Virus record (IMG/VR): IMGVR_UViG_3300030395_000347
Span: 1-25,718 of that record
Length of the DNA stretch: 25,718 nucleotides
Source: a virus
Taxonomy: Duplodnaviria; Caudoviricetes
Strand: one strand, 5' to 3'
Shown: positions 15,600-22,468 of the stretch, in pieces
Layout of the letters: the number at the start of each line of letters is the position of its first letter
How positions within the stretch are numbered: the stretch's first letter is position 1
The notes under the pieces: generated by a model
Database searches by the model: none
What the model was told of the DNA's origin: nothing
What the model saw: the letters and a program-made list of their open reading frames with translations, nothing else
Position numbers and translations under genes: made by a program

Positions 15600-18498
15600 G
15601 TTTGTAGAATTTGGTGGTGTATCTACCCTCCCAACTGAAGCCAAGCAAAGACACAGGGTACGGTGTTGTACCTTCGATCAGTATGCCTAGGTTGTCGTTA
15701 CGTTGGAAGATAGGAACGTTGTGTGTAGAAGACGCCAACATGTTGACGTTATTAAGATTGTAAAGATAGGGCAGTGTTACGCTAACAACATTCTCCCAAT
15801 CAGATAAACCAGTAATATCGATCTTGTAATCAACGGGGCCACTAAGTCCGGTGGAAACCTTAATGCGATGAATGATAAGGTTTGATACATCATCATTACT
15901 GACATTATCACCAGATTGACTAAACACATAAAGCTTCGGTAGCTCCAATTTCATGTCATAGTTCAATCCCACAACAACATCCTGACCTCTGAAGTCACCG
16001 TCTACGTCAAAGGTGTTACCGCTGAACGTTGGGTTAAGCAAGCTACCGTCAGTTGTATTGACAAGAGATAGCTTTTTACCTGTGATGGCGTTGAACGGCA
16101 GAGTGTATGTGGACTTCTTAGTCGTGCTGTTATAGGCTACAGGTGGATTGGTTGTCCATAGGTCAAGGCATACGTCCGTCTTCTCACCCGTAGGCAGCGT
16201 TAGGAAGCCTTGCTCACTAGACTGGTTCATGTCGAACGACAGTGCATACACACGTGTGTCGTCGTGAACGACTGCGTAATAAGTGCTGTTGTCGAAGAAC
16301 TGATCCAAAACTTTGCCAGTCATCTCCCACTTGTACCAGGTTTCTACAACACGGCTGTCACCAGAGTTAAAGAACCTGTATTGATAGATAGTTTCTTTAT
16401 TTTTAGTTGCCATGGAGACCATAGATAGCCCTGGCGAACAAATAAGATTATCAATAGAATCAGGAATTAGTTCTGGTACGTTCTGAGTTGTATCCCTAGA
16501 CGTAGGTGGCTGGTCTGTGCTGATATTCATCAGCTCGTACATGTGGGTGTACAGCGGTGTCTTAGCAATAAACACCATTGATGTGCCAAGAGACACAGCC
16601 TCAACACCAGGATCAGCCTCAAAGCTGCTGAGCTTGTTAATCTTCGCTGTCAGCGGGCTAAGGGTGTCAGAGTCAGTGGTCAGGTAAAACTGGTCATTCT
16701 CACCAAACAGGACCAAACCAACGGCAGTTGGTTGCACGTAGTTCAGGAACACAGGTCTAGTGCTGGACGCAGAGATGTCAATAGGATCATCGTCTGTAGC
16801 CGTCTTAGCTGAGGTGACAAAGAAGTTAAAGAAGTCACCTGCTTTGCTTAAGATAACTGCATCGTTAGCCAAGACTCCGAACCTGTTACGGAAGAAGAAC
16901 ATTGATTTGATCTTCTCACCAATGAAGCTAGGCAGTGGATTGGTGTTGTTATCCCCTACAAGCCTGTCAGCCCAGTTGACTGGTTCGTATTTGAAGGACC
17001 CGTCAGCCTGTCTGACAAGCTGGTGTGGCAACGTAAGCTCGTCCAGTTCAAACTTAATACCAGGTCCATTGGTTTCTACCCAGGCACCTGCACCATAAGT
17101 CTGTCCATTTGAGGTCTCGAACTTGACCCACATGTCATCGATGTCGATGTCAGTGGTGTTGATAATCTTTAGAACATAATCATTCTTGGCCTGGATAGGC
17201 AGGCGTGACACGTTGGGTACACTGTTTTGGAAAGCGTAAATGCCGTCCTGCTGTGAACCACCCCGGACCTCAATCTTGAATGAGCTGCTGCTGGTGATAG
17301 AAATGCCAGGTCCAACCTGTACAGCCGTGAAGTTAGAGTTGTTGTTAATTGCTGTGGCAAGTGCACTGGCGATGCTATTAGCGTCAGTCTTTGCTTGTGC
17401 ACTGTTGTTGATCACTGCAGCAGCAGGCGTGCTGTGGGTGAATGTTGTGGTTGTGTTGCCAATAGTCAGCAGCACCTTGTAGTCAACGTTGTAAGCAACC
17501 ACATTGATGACAACAAATGCCTGGTTGGGAAGTGCAGGAGTTGTCGTAGACTTCATCGCTACTTCCTTGTTCTTGTTTAACACGAACGTATAATCGTTCA
17601 GTGTCAAGAACTCGATGTCGTCTGCAGTAGCGTCTTTAAGGTATGCGTTAGACGGCACCTGCCCGTCTGTGATAGCACAGCTTGTTACCTCACTGTTGTA
17701 GGCTGTGTAGGCTGTGGCTTCTGCAGTGACAGCGTTGTCGTAGTTTGTCTTGGCCGTTGTAAGTGCAGTAGTCTTTGCTGTCAGGTCACTAGAGGAGTGT
17801 GTTGCTGCTGTCGTTTTGATAGCCTCGTACACACGGAACCCTTGACTAGCAAGGTTTGGGTGCTCGTCGGTAACCTCTGTACCCAGTGCGTAGTTTGTAG
17901 GAAGTGTAGAAGACCCTTGACTAATGATCTGATCGTCGTCCTTGACAACATAATTACCTACACTGTCCTGCAGAATTCCAGACGTAAGATATTCTTTGAG
18001 ATCACCGACAGGGTATTTATAGTTTACTTTGAATAGACGTGAGGTCGTAGCCTTCTGACCAGCATCGACGACGGCAAACTCATCCTCTGCAGTTTTGAGC
18101 AGCTTGAGTTTTGCAGCCGTGTCAGCCACAGCAGTGTTGTATGCCAGTAAGTCTGTCTGCAGGTTTGTGTAGTTACAGCCAGACTGGACACCTGTGTTTG
18201 TGCCCATGTCAACTTTACGTGGGCTACCATCTAGCAGGCTCCAGACACGGAACACGTTGTTGTCATACTGTGCAACATACTTCTCCTGTGCGTCACGCAG
18301 GATAGAGAACCACCTACCGCCAGTAGATGCACCTTGCAGCTTGGCTTCATATTTACCGCCTGGACGTTTCAGCATACCCAAAGCGTAGTCCGGGAAGGTA
18401 TTCACCGCGTCTTTGACTTGACCTGGAAACTTCCGATTGTCAGGTTGTTGTGATATACCTCGCAGGAGGTTAGGGATTCTTTGGGTTACAGAACTCAT
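15592..18498 (-). CDS. gp12: Tail tubular protein B (nozzle)
   Basis: MSSVTQRIPNLLRGISQQPD N-terminus; W..R.VGD..TNP.PSF.G; FFRNRFG; DDDPID; C-terminal WEGRY. Confidence 0.95.
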   Translation of the reverse strand: MSSVTQRIPNLLRGISQQPDNRKFPGQVKDAVNTFPDYALGMLKRPGGKYEAKLQGASTGGRWFSILRDAQEKYVAQYDNNVFRVWSLLDGSPRKVDMGTNTGVQSGCNYTNLQTDLLAYNTAVADTAAKLKLLKTAEDEFAVVDAGQKATTSRLFKVNYKYPVGDLKEYLTSGILQDSVGNYVVKDDDQIISQGSSTLPTNYALGTEVTDEHPNLASQGFRVYEAIKTTAATHSSSDLTAKTTALTTAKTNYDNAVTAEATAYTAYNSEVTSCAITDGQVPSNAYLKDATADDIEFLTLNDYTFVLNKNKEVAMKSTTTPALPNQAFVVINVVAYNVDYKVLLTIGNTTTTFTHSTPAAAVINNSAQAKTDANSIASALATAINNNSNFTAVQVGPGISITSSSSFKIEVRGGSQQDGIYAFQNSVPNVSRLPIQAKNDYVLKIINTTDIDIDDMWVKFETSNGQTYGAGAWVETNGPGIKFELDELTLPHQLVRQADGSFKYEPVNWADRLVGDNNTNPLPSFIGEKIKSMFFFRNRFGVLANDAVILSKAGDFFNFFVTSAKTATDDDPIDISASSTRPVFLNYVQPTAVGLVLFGENDQFYLTTDSDTLSPLTAKINKLSSFEADPGVEAVSLGTSMVFIAKTPLYTHMYELMNISTDQPPTSRDTTQNVPELIPDSIDNLICSPGLSMVSMATKNKETIYQYRFFNSGDSRVVETWYKWEMTGKVLDQFFDNSTYYAVVHDDTRVYALSFDMNQSSEQGFLTLPTGEKTDVCLDLWTTNPPVAYNSTTKKSTYTLPFNAITGKKLSLVNTTDGSLLNPTFSGNTFDVDGDFRGQDVVVGLNYDMKLELPKLYVFSQSGDNVSNDDVSNLIIHRIKVSTGLSGPVDYKIDITGLSDWENVVSVTLPYLYNLNNVNMLASSTHNVPIFQRNDNLGILIEGTTPYPVSLLGFSWEGRYTTKFYKRV

Positions 18499-19112
18499 CG
18501 TTTCAGTGCGTTAAAAGGCTGATAGCTTTGATAGAAACTATCCCCATCTCTGAAACCAAAGAAGGAGATGTCACCTTGATTGAGGTCATACTCCAGTGCA
18601 GCAGCACGGGTATTGACTTCCTGCTCTTGCAGAAGGGTGTTGATCTCCTGGTCACCAACCATCTTCACAGCACACATACGTGCAGCACGTGCGGTGATGT
18701 AGTTCTGGATAGCAGCAGGAACGTCAGGGAAGTCAAAGAAGTATGTGATGTCTACGTGGATATTTTTGTCGAACGTGTATTTGTGATGTAGTCGATCATA
18801 CAGTTTTACACCACGCTTGACGACATCAAACTCCCCATGGTGGTGGTGTTGGTTGATGTCGATCTGCAGTGCATTCTGCGGGTACTTGATTTCTTTGGTG
18901 ATGTTGTCAGGAGTCAGTTCAATGTTGCGTTCGACGTTAAACATCCAACCTTCTGACTGGCATTGCTTGCTGACCTCACGGAGGGTGTTGACCACGATAG
19001 CAACTTCGGGGTTCTGGAGATCCAGAGTGGTGACAGGAGCCTGTCCCACCGAGCTAAGTATTTGATTTACAGCATCCAGTTCGGTGGACACAGCATAAGT
19101 AGGAAAGGCCAT
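18495..19112 (-). CDS. gp11: Tail tubular protein A (gatekeeper/adaptor)
   Basis: TELDAVNQILSSVGQAPVTTL, QSEGWMFNVE, KLYDR, YITARAAR motifs; follows the capsid gene. Confidence 0.95.
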   Translation of the reverse strand: MAFPTYAVSTELDAVNQILSSVGQAPVTTLDLQNPEVAIVVNTLREVSKQCQSEGWMFNVERNIELTPDNITKEIKYPQNALQIDINQHHHHGEFDVVKRGVKLYDRLHHKYTFDKNIHVDITYFFDFPDVPAAIQNYITARAARMCAVKMVGDQEINTLLQEQEVNTRAAALEYDLNQGDISFFGFRDGDSFYQSYQPFNALKR

Positions 19113-19121
19113 ATCGTAAAT

Positions 19122-19148
19122 AAAAAAAAGGGACCCCGAAGGATCCCT
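19122..19148 (-). terminator. Intrinsic terminator after the capsid gene (T-phi equivalent)
   Basis: The minus strand reads AGGGAUCC-UUCG-GGGUCCCU followed by a U run, between gp10 and gp11 as in T7. Confidence 0.92.
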
Positions 19149-19169
19149 GTATAGAACAACTGAAAAGTA

Positions 19170-20351
19170 TCAGCCGCCGTAACCAGCGTTGTTGGTAGCG
19201 GACTGGACAGTACCGAACTGCGCGGGGGCAGTAGCGGTGCCAGCGTACAGCTCAACAGCAGCGGCGGGGTTCAGATAGTCAGCGCCCATGGCGAGACGAC
19301 CCAAGATCACGTCGCCCTGGTAGATGACAGAAACGTCACCGCTGGTGACTTGCACCTGAGGACCAATCGCTTCCACGCAACCAGCAGCTTCGCGTTGGAA
19401 GATGAGGCCACAGGAGTTAGCGAAGTTGGAAGCTTGACCGTAATCGTTGTTGATACCGGTCACGCTGTTGCGTCCGTCTTCCATACCTTCGCCCACGAAC
19501 GAACCGGTCTCGCCAGGATCAGCGACACCAGGGTTGGTGGCAGAAGCAGTACCATACTTAGTACCGTACTGAGAGAAGAATGGGATGTTCATCGACTTGT
19601 AGATCTTGATGCCTGCAATCTCGATGATGCCCTGGCCGCCTTGCAGCGCAGTGCCTTGCTCGTCCCTATTCACCAATCCGTTGCTGCCAACAGCTTGGAT
19701 AAGTTCATAGTATTGGCGAGGGTTAAGTACACCCACGCGGCCTTCGGAACTAACACCCTTTTCGTCAAGTGCAGCTGCGGCGTCATAGAATGCCGACACT
19801 AATTTTGCAGAATCGTATGCATCAGAAGCAGCAGTACCAGAGGAACCAACACGAATTTGGGTTCCGCCGGGCTCGATGAAAGAGGACTTTTGCACAGGAG
19901 ACTTAGCCCGAGCACCGCGAGTAATTGCACGGAAGATCAGACGGTCATATTTTTGTGCGAGTGCATATCCGATCTTCTTAGAGATTTCGGAACGCAGATC
20001 GTAGTGAGAAAGAGTCTCATCAAGGTCGTAAACGAATGCACTGGAGATCAGCAGATCGTCAACGGTGATGGTCTTCTCAGCCACCGGAGGTGCACCGTCG
20101 CTGTTACCGAGGATCGCATTTCCGGGGGTGTGATATTCAGCAGTCGTGCGACCGGTGTAGATGAACTGCATAGACTTTCCGTTGGAAAGAGTACGCTTCA
20201 TCACCATGTCACGGGCGATTGCGTTGTACTCGAAGCCCTTGAACATCTCACCAGAGAAGAGCTTCAGATAAAGAGCGCGGCTATCTGCAGCGCCATTAAG
20301 ACTACCAGGCCGTGAAAGGCTAGTAGTCAGGTCAGAACTTTGATGTGCCAT
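19170..20351 (-). CDS. gp10: Major capsid protein
   Basis: ALYLKLFSGEMFKGF, RTL.NGKSMQFIYTGR, EKTITVDDLLISSAFVYDLDE.L.HYDLRSEIS, GRLAMGADYLNPAAAVEL. Confidence 0.97.
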   Translation of the reverse strand: MAHQSSDLTTSLSRPGSLNGAADSRALYLKLFSGEMFKGFEYNAIARDMVMKRTLSNGKSMQFIYTGRTTAEYHTPGNAILGNSDGAPPVAEKTITVDDLLISSAFVYDLDETLSHYDLRSEISKKIGYALAQKYDRLIFRAITRGARAKSPVQKSSFIEPGGTQIRVGSSGTAASDAYDSAKLVSAFYDAAAALDEKGVSSEGRVGVLNPRQYYELIQAVGSNGLVNRDEQGTALQGGQGIIEIAGIKIYKSMNIPFFSQYGTKYGTASATNPGVADPGETGSFVGEGMEDGRNSVTGINNDYGQASNFANSCGLIFQREAAGCVEAIGPQVQVTSGDVSVIYQGDVILGRLAMGADYLNPAAAVELYAGTATAPAQFGTVQSATNNAGYGG

Positions 20352-20580
20352 TGTAAGGAGTAAATAGTATTAACCAACTCCCAAACGTTTGAGAAAATTT
20401 TTGTAGCAAATTTTTTGTGGTCTATCCCACCGTCTAGACGGCTAATGGGTATCCGCGTACGGGCCAAAAGCCAAAGCAGGGCAGGTCCTACACCGAGGTG
20501 CCTACCCCACAGGCGTGGCTGCTTTCCGGTCAGCCACTCCTTAAACCGTCCTTCGGGCTTTACAGTTGTGGAAAGCTCGT
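20352..20580 (-). promoter_or_regulatory. Structured 5' leader of the capsid gene (unassigned RNA motif)
   Basis: About 230 nt without a credible ORF in an otherwise gapless genome, containing at least five stems found by eye and a possible pseudoknot (see findings). Confidence 0.55.
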
Positions 20581-20604
20581 TATGTTATGTGAGGGTGCAG
20601 AAGG

Positions 20605-20706
20605 TCAGGACTTCTTAGTCTTGGCCTTTTTTTCTCCCTGTTTTTTTGTATTGACAGGTCCGTAATAAGTTACGGACGCTTGTGCTTTGTTACTTTGATG
20701 CGACAT
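20605..20706 (-). CDS. 33-aa micro-protein, capsid-N-terminus-like with Lys-rich tail
   Basis: Translated by hand: MSHQSNKAQASVTYYGPVNTKKQGEKKAKTKKS; the start overlaps the last 17 nt of the YRG peptide ORF. Confidence 0.6.
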   Translation of the reverse strand: MSHQSNKAQASVTYYGPVNTKKQGEKKAKTKKS

Positions 20707-20776
20707 TGCGCTTGACAACGTAGGCAACGCCCCGATAGGTCAGGACGATTTCTTTTTTCTGTGCAGTTTGAGACAT
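20690..20776 (-). CDS. 28-aa YRG-motif peptide (DUF4278-like 'downstream peptide')
   Basis: Translated by hand: MSQTAQKKEIVLTYRGVAYVVKRNVASK. It has the LTYRGVAY signature and a GGAG Shine-Dalgarno 6 nt upstream, and lies directly 3' of the Downstream-peptide RNA. Confidence 0.85.
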   Translation of the reverse strand: MSQTAQKKEIVLTYRGVAYVVKRNVASK

Positions 20777-20790
20777 GAGAAACTCCATAT

Positions 20791-20848
20791 ACCTTACCCC
20801 CCGTTCCATGAGTAAGATGCCTGCGTCCCGAAGGATGAACGTACGGCT
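20791..20848 (-). ncRNA. Downstream-peptide RNA motif (glutamine-II riboswitch)
   Basis: Minus strand GCC-GUACGUUCA-UCC(UUCG)GGA-CGCA-GGC followed by stem AUCUUACUC/GGGUAAGGU with loop AUGGAACGG. Conserved CGUUC...CGCA...CAUGGAACGGGG elements and the CGUUC/GAACG pseudoknot are present, and a YRG peptide follows. Confidence 0.88.
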
Positions 20849-20853
20849 GGAGT

Positions 20854-21003
20854 CTATTTCTTTTTTGCAGTCTTGGCAGCACGCTTAAAGTTTGCTTTGG
20901 TTGGTGCACCTTTAGTGCCCGGTTTGCGCATCTTCTCACCACTGCCTGCGGCAATACGACGCCGTTTAGCGTGGATGTTAGCGTAAAGTCCAGGTTTAGC
21001 CAT
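20854..21003 (-). CDS. 49-aa basic micro-protein (GLYANIHAKR family)
   Basis: Translated by hand: MAKPGLYANIHAKRRRIAAGSGEKMRKPGTKGAPTKANFKRAAKTAKKK; 16 K/R versus 1 E. The start overlaps the upstream stop, and I recognise the motif from marine phage small proteins. Confidence 0.85.
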   Translation of the reverse strand: MAKPGLYANIHAKRRRIAAGSGEKMRKPGTKGAPTKANFKRAAKTAKKK

Positions 21004-21211
21004 AAGTCTTTTTGGATTTTCTTTTAGCTAGAGGTAGCTGTGGTCCAGTCCGCTTAAGAAAAGTTTCTTTCTCGTGCGGGTTGTTTGTGCTTTTACCTTT
21101 GTTGTAGATCTTTTGTTTCCTTTGTGCACCTTTGTGGCCTGGGCCGATGTCAAAGGACTGCGAAACAAAACTGCTGTTGAAGGCTTTTTGATCAACTCGT
21201 TTGCGTTTCAT
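20996..21211 (-). CDS. 71-aa basic hypothetical protein
   Basis: MKRKRVDQKAF...KRKSKKTYG; start moved from 21223 to the TAATG-coupled ATG at 21211. Confidence 0.75.
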   Translation of the reverse strand: MKRKRVDQKAFNSSFVSQSFDIGPGHKGAQRKQKIYNKGKSTNNPHEKETFLKRTGPQLPLAKRKSKKTYG

Positions 21212-21471
21212 TAGCATTTCCATTTGCGTAGTGCAAGAGCCTTCCGTGTAGGACGACCCTTGCTGTCTTTCATTGGTCCTTTCACACCAGACATACGGGC
21301 ACAGAAAGAACGCTTGCGTGGCCCGCCTTCAGGTTGGGGTGCCTTCAGGTTAGACCCTGTAGCTCTGTTGTATTTACGACGACCGGCAGCAGTCAAGCCA
21401 CCGGACCGTGATTTGTGTGTACCGATCTTAAGACTTACAGAACGGGTACTACTTTTTGTAGCCTTTGCCAC
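21211..21471 (-). CDS. 86-aa basic protein (DUF6321-like)
   Basis: GGLTAAGRRKYNRATGSNLKAPQ...RKRSFCARMSG...ALRKWKC motif; GTG start with GGAGG 8 nt upstream. Confidence 0.82.
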   Translation of the reverse strand: MAKATKSSTRSVSLKIGTHKSRSGGLTAAGRRKYNRATGSNLKAPQPEGGPRKRSFCARMSGVKGPMKDSKGRPTRKALALRKWKC

Positions 21472-21511
21472 CTTTCTTGCCTCCGCAAGAGCCTTTACCT
21501 TTGTGTGCCAT
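21449..21511 (-). CDS. 20-aa Gly/Lys micro-peptide
   Basis: Translated by hand: MAHKGKGSCGGKKGGKGYKK (7 K, 7 G, no acidic residue); TGATG-coupled to the upstream ORF. Confidence 0.6.
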   Translation of the reverse strand: MAHKGKGSCGGKKGGKGYKK

Positions 21512-21690
21512 CACTTCATCCTGCGGCTACGCAGACGTTTGAAGTCAGCAGCATCAATCTTATTTGGATTGCCAGCTTGACGTGCAATCTTTTTTTGTCC
21601 GGCGGTCAGCCGCTTAGCAGGTTTTGCAGCGGTGGTTTTCTTTTTAGGACGGCCAACTTTGTTGCCGTATGTTCCAGGTCCGTAAGGCAT
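21511..21690 (-). CDS. 59-aa basic micro-protein
   Basis: Translated by hand: MPYGPGTYGNKVGRPKKKTTAAKPAKRLTAGQKKIARQAGNPNKIDAADFKRLRSRRMK; 18 K/R versus 2 D. The ATG is 1 nt after the scaffold stop. Confidence 0.82.
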   Translation of the reverse strand: MPYGPGTYGNKVGRPKKKTTAAKPAKRLTAGQKKIARQAGNPNKIDAADFKRLRSRRMK

Positions 21691-21691
21691 G

Positions 21692-22468
21692 TTAGAAATC
21701 TAGGTCAGAGTATTCAAGTTTTTCCATAACTTCCATACGATATGCAGGGTCGCGGTCATAGCGAGGGTCCTGCATGGCACGGACAACTTCAGCCTGGCTG
21801 CGGAATGCTTCACGAGGTGCAGCCGCACGGCCTTGCAACATGTCTCCTTCGTATCCCATAGCGTCAGTGTACCTAGCGTTGATAGCTTGTAGTGCGAGAT
21901 TGATAGCAGCCAAGTTGCCAGACTCAACCAGTCCGTCGTAGGCAGCCACCTCTTCAGGTGATAGGTTTGTCGCTGCCCACGACGTCAGTTGTTCATAGCT
22001 CTCTTCACCGCCGACAGAATTATAGATAGAACTTACTTCACCATCAGACAACTCGACAGACTGAGAAGCTGCCGGTTCTTGATCTTGCAGTCGCATGTAT
22101 GCATCGACAAGTTCCTCACTTGACATCTCCTTAAACTGTTCGTAAGTCTCAGGAGTCAGCTCACCAGTCTCTGCAAACTCTTGCTCTGCTGCAGTAATAA
22201 AGTCTGCTACAGGATCTTCAGATGGTTCTTCGTCAACATCTGGATACTCAACATCCTCGCCTTCGGTGTCTTCACCGTCGCCAAGTTTCTTTTGCAGTTC
22301 CAGGTATGCCTTCTCTAGTTCCTGTGCGTTGCGGTATTTACCAGCGAGCATCTGTTCCTGGTCTGCCTCCATCTGCTCACCGATGGCGAGAGTTTCAGCG
22401 TCACGTTCTTCAGCTTGCTGGATTGCTTGTGGATCGTTGCTCGGATCGTATGTAAGAATTTCAGCCAT
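21692..22468 (-). CDS. gp9: Capsid assembly scaffolding protein
   Basis: Highly acidic; LAGKY....ELEKAY.ELQKKLG, VGGEESY..L..WA, F.SQAEVVRAMQDPRYD.DPAYR motifs; follows portal. Confidence 0.95.
   Translation of the reverse strand: MAEILTYDPSNDPQAIQQAEERDAETLAIGEQMEADQEQMLAGKYRNAQELEKAYLELQKKLGDGEDTEGEDVEYPDVDEEPSEDPVADFITAAEQEFAETGELTPETYEQFKEMSSEELVDAYMRLQDQEPAASQSVELSDGEVSSIYNSVGGEESYEQLTSWAATNLSPEEVAAYDGLVESGNLAAINLALQAINARYTDAMGYEGDMLQGRAAAPREAFRSQAEVVRAMQDPRYDRDPAYRMEVMEKLEYSDLDF

Noticed and set aside
19067-19255. 62-aa ORF over the capsid 3' end as a T7 10B-like frameshift extension
   Set aside because: No slippery sequence noticed; the frame crosses the terminator and overlaps gp11, and the product is not protein-like.
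20515-20577. Hammerhead-like words CUGA...GAAA with GCUUUCCAC/GUGG pairing
   Set aside because: CUGA is followed by CCG rather than NGA, and there is no stem II, so the catalytic core is incomplete.
20662-20673. Possible NtcA box near the riboswitch
   Set aside because: Spacing is GTA-N6-TAC, not the GTA-N8-TAC consensus.
20651-20680. Plus-strand TTGACA as a sigma70 -35 element
   Set aside because: No -10 hexamer at 16-18 nt spacing, and it is antisense to all genes.
20670-20954. 94-aa minus-strand ORF in the track
   Set aside because: Runs out of frame across the 49-aa gene, the riboswitch and the YRG peptide, which explain the sequence better; no SD or coupling.
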